A stretch of 45,228 nt of DNA from Candidatus Heimdallarchaeota archaeon (GTDB taxonomy: Archaea; Asgardarchaeota; Heimdallarchaeia; Hodarchaeales; Hodarchaeaceae), in contig JBHLSH010000024.1 of assembly GCA_048881705.1 (NCBI GenBank), forward strand, positions 1-45,228. The letters are read 5' to 3'. A model generated the notes under the pieces. It was not told the origin of the DNA. It did not search any database and worked only from the letters and a program-made list of their open reading frames with translations. Of the stretch, positions 7,998 to 15,369 are shown one piece after another. The translations under genes and the position numbers were made by a program. Position 1 is the first letter of the stretch. Each line of letters opens with the position of its first letter.

Positions 7998-10145
7998 CTA
8001 TCTCCTCCTTCCACCCCAATCTAGCCGCCTCCAATCTTCTGACTCACTTTTTGTCTCTTCGTCCTCCTTTTGACCTGAGGTTTTAGAGGTGGGTGATGTC
8101 GTGGATAATCTCCGATTAACTTCTTCCCGAACCACATTGATCACCCTACTCAATGATTTAACATCAATTTCTAGGATTTCCAACTTGGGTGCTACTAATT
8201 GGGATATCTGATTTGATATAGTATCTAAGTATTCGATGATCTTGATTAGCTCTTCTTCGGGGATTGAAGTTCCAACCTGAGGTGTCGGATCAGCTTCATC
8301 CTTACTTGGAGCGAACGTGACCCTGAATGGAGTTGATTCCTCTAAAGATCGAGATTCAGAACCTATAGAAGCTCTGGCGGAACCGAGAAACTGGGTCTTA
8401 ATTATTTCCCCTGAATTATCAATCGTTAGAACGGTATTGGCTTCATCAACCCACAGAATTCCCCGAACTGGTTCCGTGTGTCGACAAATTTCTTGTACAC
8501 CTATCACATGATAATTATCTAAATTCATTAGATAAAGAGTTTCTTGCGCCGCAAAAAATACCCATTTGTTGTTTATAATCTTTATGCGTTGGACGGAAGC
8601 AGAAGCATCATAAGTTTGGAGTAATCTGTTGGAAATTTTCTCAAAGATTTTGATCGCCCCGCTTCTGTGCCCAGTGATATTGTACTCATAGTCCCCTGTT
8701 GTTTCAAAACACTTGATCGGAGAATCTGTTTGGATGGAGCTAATCAGCCTTCCATCCCGGTTCCAGAACTTCAAAAGGCCTGTATCGGAACCTGAAACTA
8801 TTAGATCATCGTTCAGATATGAAACAGTTCCAATGTAGTCTTCATGGGCTTCCCAGGATGTTATCCGTTTTCCTTCGACTGTAAATACCCGTATATAATT
8901 ATCACCGCTACATCCTACCACGAATTTATCCCCCGTGGGAGAAACAGCTAATGCAGATCCAAGCGGAACTTTTTTTATGCGCCTGATCTCCTCCTGACGG
9001 CCTAGGTGCCAGATAGATACCGTATCATCATAGGAAGCGGCTATCACAATGTCCTTGTCCGGAATGTGTACAAGGGATGAAACAGTTTCATGATGTTGCG
9101 CAAGGAGCTGATCTTCTCCTGTTGCATAGTTAATTAAGTGAACGCCCTTGTCTCCAGATGCAATCACCAGCTTTGATCCCTCAATGAACACAACATCTTC
9201 CACTGACCCAGAACGTCCTCTCAATTGCGATACAATTTCACCTGATAATGAAAAAACACTGATATCACGCTCACCTGTCCCTTTGAGTATGGTAGAGTCG
9301 GATAATACAAGGGGATTACACCCTGATAGCTCCTGTCCAATAACTGTGATATCCCCACTACGAGTACTTACCACAAGCAGGTTACGATCTCCAGTAACAG
9401 CAATAATCCCGTTCTGTGCATTAAAATCGACACTAACGGGAGTAAAAGGGATTTTAAACCCCGAGACGAACTTAAAGTCCAAGGTGAGTACTTTTCCAGT
9501 TCCATCCTCTGAAACTGTAACAATTTTATCCGTATCACGACAGATTGACGTAATCAGACCCTCATGGATCGATATTTCTTGCTCGATTGCCATTTTCGAA
9601 CTGTCAACCACTGCAAGATTTCCATTCCGTTTGGGAACCACTAATCGCTCATCATCTAACCAGACCAGAGCATCACCAGATGGGTTTTCAACAAATACAG
9701 TTTTGCTGCTTACAGTATTTGAGATATGATCATATAGGTAGAGATCGTCATCGAAAGTGAGAAAAGCAGTTAATTCCGAGCTTGAGTTGGTACCAAAGAT
9801 GTTTCTGATGACTAAATTTCTATTTTTTCCAATTTCATGAATAACGTTATCTCTTAAGTGAAGTACAAACGCTTTAGATGAGTTAGAAAGCACAACAATT
9901 ACTTTTTGATCATCCTCAGTAACCTGAAGGCCTTCTATTGCTTCAGGAAAAAAGAATAGTACTTTTTCCTGACGTTTTCCAGACCAAATGCGGACAGTTC
10001 CATCAAAACTACATGATGCGATGCGTGAGGAATGATGAAATGACGCCAACCGCATAACAGCAAATCGGTGTCCAGTTTCGCCAGGAACTAACACTTGGGA
10101 ATTTGGGGTGAGATCATCAAACATGCAAAGATCACCGCTGGTCAT
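7998..10145 (-). CDS. WD40-repeat protein (probably two beta-propellers) with C-terminal helical tail
   Basis: Repeated WD40 blades: SCSFDGTVRIW, TVSEDGTGKV, ASYDDTVSIWH, SGSDTGLLKFWN, HEDYIGTV, HTEPVRGI. Confidence 0.85.
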   Translation of the reverse strand: MTSGDLCMFDDLTPNSQVLVPGETGHRFAVMRLASFHHSSRIASCSFDGTVRIWSGKRQEKVLFFFPEAIEGLQVTEDDQKVIVVLSNSSKAFVLHLRDNVIHEIGKNRNLVIRNIFGTNSSSELTAFLTFDDDLYLYDHISNTVSSKTVFVENPSGDALVWLDDERLVVPKRNGNLAVVDSSKMAIEQEISIHEGLITSICRDTDKIVTVSEDGTGKVLTLDFKFVSGFKIPFTPVSVDFNAQNGIIAVTGDRNLLVVSTRSGDITVIGQELSGCNPLVLSDSTILKGTGERDISVFSLSGEIVSQLRGRSGSVEDVVFIEGSKLVIASGDKGVHLINYATGEDQLLAQHHETVSSLVHIPDKDIVIAASYDDTVSIWHLGRQEEIRRIKKVPLGSALAVSPTGDKFVVGCSGDNYIRVFTVEGKRITSWEAHEDYIGTVSYLNDDLIVSGSDTGLLKFWNRDGRLISSIQTDSPIKCFETTGDYEYNITGHRSGAIKIFEKISNRLLQTYDASASVQRIKIINNKWVFFAAQETLYLMNLDNYHVIGVQEICRHTEPVRGILWVDEANTVLTIDNSGEIIKTQFLGSARASIGSESRSLEESTPFRVTFAPSKDEADPTPQVGTSIPEEELIKIIEYLDTISNQISQLVAPKLEILEIDVKSLSRVINVVREEVNRRLSTTSPTSKTSGQKEDEETKSESEDWRRLDWGGRRR

Positions 10146-10208
10146 TATCCCGGAAGAGTATTGCTCTTGTTTATGCGATACTTGGAGTGAGGGCGGTAAT
10201 TCAAAAGT

Positions 10209-10952
10209 TTATTTCCTTTTCTTGGACAATCTATGGGTCTCAGTTCTTTGAATAAGCGAGGGCAGTTCTTCCAAACTTTCAACTCTAGGACAATCGGCAT
10301 TACGCTGGAATGGTCTCCCATGCATGCCAGTGGGCCCTTTATCGTAAAGAACTGCATTAATTTGGAGCATTTTGGCAGGCAAGATGTCCATTTGATAGTC
10401 ATCCCCCAAGTATATTGTTTCCTTTGCCTTTACCTTCGGAAAGTCATCCAAAGCTGATTTAAAGATAGTAGAGCCAGGTTTTCCACTTCCAATTTCACCT
10501 GAAATTGTGACGGAATCAAAATAATCCAAAATTCCAAAGTCAGTAAGAAGATCCCGTAATGAAGGATCCCAGTTTGAGATAATTCCTAAATTGTACTCTG
10601 TAAGGCTTTTCAGAAGAGAGATTGCCCCTTGCTCTAAAATAAACTCTATTTCAAGACGTTCGGCAAGTTCGGCCTCGATTCTATTGATTTGTTTTCGTCC
10701 TTGAACTCCTAAGACCGAATAAAACGCATTTTGATATTTTCTCTGGTCTAGATCACTGAATAATAAACCAGGTCTCTTTCTAGTCAAAACCCATTTATCT
10801 GCGTTTTTAAATGCTTGATAAACTTGATGATCAGAAATCTGTTTTTTTAGGATCGCAGAAAGATGATTGGCATATTGAGAAGGTATCGTGCCTCTCTTTG
10901 GCTGGATTAATGTTCCTCCTACATTGAAATAAATGGCTTTAAAATACCGCAC
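10209..10952 (-). CDS. HAD-superfamily hydrolase (subfamily IA, REG-2/HDHD3-like)
   Basis: Motif I FNVGGTL (Asn at the Asp nucleophile position), motif II ISNWD, motif III KP, motif IV GDDYQMD. Confidence 0.8.
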   Translation of the reverse strand: MRYFKAIYFNVGGTLIQPKRGTIPSQYANHLSAILKKQISDHQVYQAFKNADKWVLTRKRPGLLFSDLDQRKYQNAFYSVLGVQGRKQINRIEAELAERLEIEFILEQGAISLLKSLTEYNLGIISNWDPSLRDLLTDFGILDYFDSVTISGEIGSGKPGSTIFKSALDDFPKVKAKETIYLGDDYQMDILPAKMLQINAVLYDKGPTGMHGRPFQRNADCPRVESLEELPSLIQRTETHRLSKKRK

Positions 10953-11036
10953 ATTACTACCTTCTAAGACCTGCTCCGTAAGAAGTCGACAACATTAACA
11001 GCCTGAAAAGCTAATCATCTCGCTTCCTCAAACGAT

Positions 11037-11053
11037 TAGATTTTTAAAATCTA
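11037..11053. promoter_or_regulatory. 17-bp inverted repeat overlapping a TATA-like core
   Basis: TAGATTTT-T-AAAATCTA in the intergenic region between divergent genes. Confidence 0.4.
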
Positions 11054-11320
11054 GGGGGTTACGTTTCATCAGAAGTTCTAGAGATCTTCAAACCAAGTTT
11101 GGAAAGAAGGACACGAGATACTTCAGTTTTAATGACAAGATTCGTAGGGTGCCAAGAGATTAATATCACGAGGCAAGAGATATCTTTTTGTCTTTAGGAT
11201 TTGAACCATTTGGTGTCTTACTTACTGGAACTCTCAGAAAATGTTCCCTAGCTACGTAGGGACAATCAACGAAGTCTCTTCGGGTTCTAAACTATTGTAG
11301 GGCCACGAAGTTGTTTACAG

Positions 11321-11698
11321 GTGATTCCAATGACTGTTCATTCGCGAAGAAATAAACGGACTAATGTAGTTCGTGATATAGCAACCGATTATTGGAACGA
11401 AGAAAAAGAAGAAACTCAGAAGATCTTGAAACGAAAAAAAGGGCTGAATGCCCCAGATACGGCTAAGACTTCTGATTCATTACCTAAAAAAACCTCTGAG
11501 AAGAAGAAGAAAACCCAGAAGGATTTCAAAAACCAAAAATCAAAACTCAAACGCTCATCCAATAATAAAGGATCTTCTAAGCCCAAGGCGAAGATCCGAC
11601 CCCAAAGGCGCAGGATAGTTATGAAAAAAAGTCGCGAGGGAAAAACTCGGGTTAAAAAGCGTTCCCGCGCACAATATTTTCAAAGATATAGAGTCTAG
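11321..11698 (+). CDS. Small Lys/Arg-rich, probably disordered protein
   Basis: 125 aa with 43 K+R by hand count; fills an otherwise empty gap; start may be ATG at 11330. Confidence 0.6.
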   Translation: MIPMTVHSRRNKRTNVVRDIATDYWNEEKEETQKILKRKKGLNAPDTAKTSDSLPKKTSEKKKKTQKDFKNQKSKLKRSSNNKGSSKPKAKIRPQRRRIVMKKSREGKTRVKKRSRAQYFQRYRV

Positions 11699-11786
11699 AA
11701 GGGAACAAATTCTTCTTCTCCTTTTTCATTTTTCAAACAAGTTGTGGGGGAAGTTAGCTGGTTGTAATAGGGTTTGCACGAGCCCA

Positions 11787-12233
11787 TTATTTGTGATCTA
11801 ATTTAATATGCTTCAGTTCAATGCCTGCGGATTGGGCAGCATCAAAAATCCGATCATCACGGTAAAATTCACCATAGAGGATTTTTGTTATCCCTGCATT
11901 CGCCAACAACTTGAAACACGTCCAACAAGGTGATGCCGTTATATAAATCTCTGCATTCTCCACTGTAACACCATTTTTTGCCGCCTGGGCAATAGCATTA
12001 GATTCTGCATGAACTGTTCTCACACAATGGTTCCCAGGCTCGTCCATCAGGTGACCCACATCATCACAATGAGCCAAGCCACGAATAGAACCATTATAGC
12101 CCGTGGAAAGAATGGTTTTATCGCGAACAATAACTGCACCAATATTCTTTCTGTCACAGGTGGCACGGGTAGCCACTTGATGAGCTATTCGCATGAAATA
12201 ATGTTCCCATGTGTCTCTAGGTTTTTTCTTCAC
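11787..12233 (-). CDS. dCMP deaminase (ComEB-like)
   Basis: RATC...GAVI, STGYNG, HAESNAI and PCWTC zinc-deaminase motifs. Confidence 0.9.
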   Translation of the reverse strand: MKKKPRDTWEHYFMRIAHQVATRATCDRKNIGAVIVRDKTILSTGYNGSIRGLAHCDDVGHLMDEPGNHCVRTVHAESNAIAQAAKNGVTVENAEIYITASPCWTCFKLLANAGITKILYGEFYRDDRIFDAAQSAGIELKHIKLDHK

Positions 12234-12419
12234 TTAATTCACCATAACCATGAACAATAGACGGATCAACACACTAAGTAGTTGTGCAGACCTATAAAGA
12301 TACTGTAAATCAAGTTTCCGTGCAATTAAAACAGATCGTTATATTCAAGTAACAATCCATAAAGCTTGATGTTGATAACATTTCTATCCAGAACTCATCA
12401 AAATTGAGATTGCAGGTCA

Positions 12420-12788
12420 ATGACTCGCCGACGTTACAAAACCAGATGGCATCGCGATGGAACGATAATTGCAATAATTCTAGCTGCCCTTGGAGGGCTA
12501 TTACAAATCCTCTTTGGTGTGGAAGGTCTAATAGGACAAAGAAGTCCCACCTATTTTTATATTGGATCCCTGATCCAGTTACCTGCTGACTTGATTATCA
12601 TCTACGCCATGGTACCAATTGTATGCGGTATAATAGTATTGGTGATAACATTCAAACAGCAACCACTCAAAAACGATGAGTTGGTTTGGATGATTATAAC
12701 AGCAATAGTGGGTGTTCTTGGTGGAACGCTTGGAGGTTTAATCGTCCTCGGAGCAGTATTCATCTATATAATTCTTTACTTTATCTAG
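12420..12788 (+). CDS. Small hypothetical membrane protein
   Basis: 122 aa with 3-4 hydrophobic helices. Confidence 0.6.
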   Translation: MTRRRYKTRWHRDGTIIAIILAALGGLLQILFGVEGLIGQRSPTYFYIGSLIQLPADLIIIYAMVPIVCGIIVLVITFKQQPLKNDELVWMIITAIVGVLGGTLGGLIVLGAVFIYIILYFI

Positions 12789-13060
12789 AAACCCAATACC
12801 CGGAAATATTCCCCTATTGGAATCCAGATGGGGGACTTTTGCAATATATCTAACATAAGAGGGAAGTATTCAATGTAATTCAATTTCCTTTCCACCAATA
12901 CCAGAATTTTATGTGCTCTAATCAGAAGAAAAAACCTCTCTTAAGCGGAGAGATTTGCTTCTCGAAATTTTGGGGAATTGATAATCCTAATCGGGGTAGT
13001 TACACAGATAAAATTCCTGATCTCTCCCTCGCCGAAGATTTTTAAAAGTCATTTAAGGAA

Positions 13061-15094
13061 ATGGAATCACAATCTAAGGTGCAGACGAGTTCGAAGGGAT
13101 ACCAATCAATGGGTTCGGCAACTCAATCTCGAAATAAAGTAGAAGAAATCAAGAAGCTAGCCAATCAAATCCTTTTTCACAAAAAGAAGTACTATGACGG
13201 CGAACCCGTTATTTCTGATGAAGCTTACGATTCGCTTGAAGATAAACTTCGAGAACTTGATCCAACCAATCCCGTTCTGTTTATGGTGGGAAGTAATGAA
13301 GCAGGCAAGGTGTTTCATGACCCCCCCATGCTTTCGAGTCAAAAAACAACGAATGTTGATGATGTCGTGAAATGGAGCGGGGGACGAGACCTCATGGTTG
13401 GAAATAAGATTGATGGAGTATCTTTATCATTAATATATGAAAACGGTAGGCTTATCCAAGCGGCCACCCGTGGAAATGGTACCATGGGAGATGATACGAC
13501 TATTGCAGCAATGAAAGTGGCTGCCATCCCTAAATCGATTCCTGAAATCACCCCTAGGATCAATATCAGGGGGGAGCTATTTATGCGGCTCTCTGAATTC
13601 GCCCGTATCAAAAAAACGGAATCAGATCAGTATAGCAGCCCGAGGAATCTAGCTGCGGGGACCATAAAGCAAAAAGATCTTAGCCTACTAGATAAGCGAG
13701 TTCTTTCGTTTAGTGCGTTTGAACTCCTCGGATTAAGGGATGAGGAAGCGACTCTGGAAGAGAAAGTTGGTCTCTTGCTCGAATGGGGGTTCGAGACCAC
13801 TGAATTCAAACTGTTAAGGTCTCCCTCAAAAGAGTCCATTGAAGCCCTTTATCGGAACACGGCCTCAGCACGAGGGAACCTTGATTTCGAAATCGATGGG
13901 TTGGTTTTAAAGTATAACGATGCCAAAGAACGTGCCAACGCGGGCGCAACTGCTCATCATCCCCGATGGATGATGGCATTAAAATTCAGAAGTCAGGGAA
14001 AACTATCAAAAGTTAACAGTATCACCTGGCAGGTTGGGAGATTAGGAACGATAACACCTGTGGCTGAATTGGAGCCAGTTGAAGTAATGGGAGCCGTTAT
14101 CCAAAGAGCTACATTACATAATGCTGATTTCCTGGAAACCCTTGATGTTGCACCAGGAGATAGCGTCTGGGTTATCAGATCCGGCGATGTTATACCGAAA
14201 ATCACTGAGGTGGTTGAAAAAGGCCCCAATAGCGCGTTACTGCCATCTCGATGCCCAAGCTGTGATTCAAAGCTACGACGTGACGGCGTTAATTTGCTCT
14301 GCAATAGTCCAATATGTCGAGACCGAGAAATCCAACGAATCCGTCACTGGATTAAAATTACAGATATAAAGGGCCTAGGCAGTAAGAACGTTGCCAAATT
14401 GTATGACAACGGGCTGATAAGACATTTCGCAGACCTTTATGACAAAAACCTGACCGAGAGAAAACTGGTTTCGCTATTAGGAAAAAACGGCTCCAAAATC
14501 TTCCAAGGTATTCAGGAAACTAAGAACATTCCCTTCCACCTGTTTCTTGCGGGTTTGGGTATTGAAACTTTAGGAAAACAGATGGCTAAAGTTCTCACAA
14601 ACCATTTTTCCACATACGAGGCTTTAAAAAATGTAACTGCTGATCAGTTAATGGAAATTGAGGGGATTTCAGAGATCACTGCTGGGAAGATCCTTGAAGG
14701 GATTCATGATCCTATGTTGGCTGATCACTTGCTTGAGAAAGGGGTCGTAATTTCTGAAGGTACGAGGATATTGAAGCGGGAGTCTCAACCCCCAACACGA
14801 CTAACCGATTTCTTTGGATCAAAAGATGAATCCCCAGAATTCGGAATTCGTCCTCAAGGATTAGAGCGGTTACGGGATTTACCCAAGGTTTATGTTACAG
14901 GTACAATTCCTGGGATGACAAAAAAAGAAGTTCAAACTTTTCTGGAGCAACATAATTACGAATGGGCTGCGATATCAAAAAAGCTGACACTTCTAATCGT
15001 CGGGGAAAAGCCAGGCAAAAATAAACTAGAAAAAGCGCAGAAATATGGTATTCCTCAAAAATCATGGGATGAATTCATTAAAGAACTCCGCTAG
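13061..15094 (+). CDS. ligA: NAD+-dependent DNA ligase
   Basis: Domain Ia YYDGEPVISDEAYD, adenylation motif KIDG, RGE, EIDGLVLK, ALKF, OB-fold VGRLGTITPVA and RSGDVIPKI, C4 zinc finger, HhH repeats, C-terminal BRCT. Confidence 0.97.
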   Translation: MESQSKVQTSSKGYQSMGSATQSRNKVEEIKKLANQILFHKKKYYDGEPVISDEAYDSLEDKLRELDPTNPVLFMVGSNEAGKVFHDPPMLSSQKTTNVDDVVKWSGGRDLMVGNKIDGVSLSLIYENGRLIQAATRGNGTMGDDTTIAAMKVAAIPKSIPEITPRINIRGELFMRLSEFARIKKTESDQYSSPRNLAAGTIKQKDLSLLDKRVLSFSAFELLGLRDEEATLEEKVGLLLEWGFETTEFKLLRSPSKESIEALYRNTASARGNLDFEIDGLVLKYNDAKERANAGATAHHPRWMMALKFRSQGKLSKVNSITWQVGRLGTITPVAELEPVEVMGAVIQRATLHNADFLETLDVAPGDSVWVIRSGDVIPKITEVVEKGPNSALLPSRCPSCDSKLRRDGVNLLCNSPICRDREIQRIRHWIKITDIKGLGSKNVAKLYDNGLIRHFADLYDKNLTERKLVSLLGKNGSKIFQGIQETKNIPFHLFLAGLGIETLGKQMAKVLTNHFSTYEALKNVTADQLMEIEGISEITAGKILEGIHDPMLADHLLEKGVVISEGTRILKRESQPPTRLTDFFGSKDESPEFGIRPQGLERLRDLPKVYVTGTIPGMTKKEVQTFLEQHNYEWAAISKKLTLLIVGEKPGKNKLEKAQKYGIPQKSWDEFIKELR

Positions 15095-15369
15095 TATTGA
15101 TAATCTTTGTTATCATACCTGAAAGTTCTTTTATGTGCTTGAAACTGAGCTTATGACTATAGTTGTATATCTATCTTTTAATTCCAGCTCTATTCACAGA
15201 ATAATAGATCATTGGGTTATTATATGATCCAATCTCATGATTGATAACATCTTTTCTCCTCAAAGCTTCCTATTGAACAGTTTCAATTCTTAAATCGTTA
15301 GCTTTATTATAAATAGAATTTATTTGATGATAGAATTATTCGGTTACACTGTAAGGAATTGATTCTCCC

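Noticed and set aside
9148-9729. Longer opposite-strand ORFs (9148-9729, 15768-16349, 1951-2367 and others)
   Set aside because: They lie fully antisense to well-supported genes and show Ser/Thr/Ile/Arg-biased shadow composition with no motifs.
11787-15369. Genomic island around dCMP deaminase and ligA
   Set aside because: No flanking direct repeats, tRNA or mobility gene; only an AT-rich intergenic stretch.
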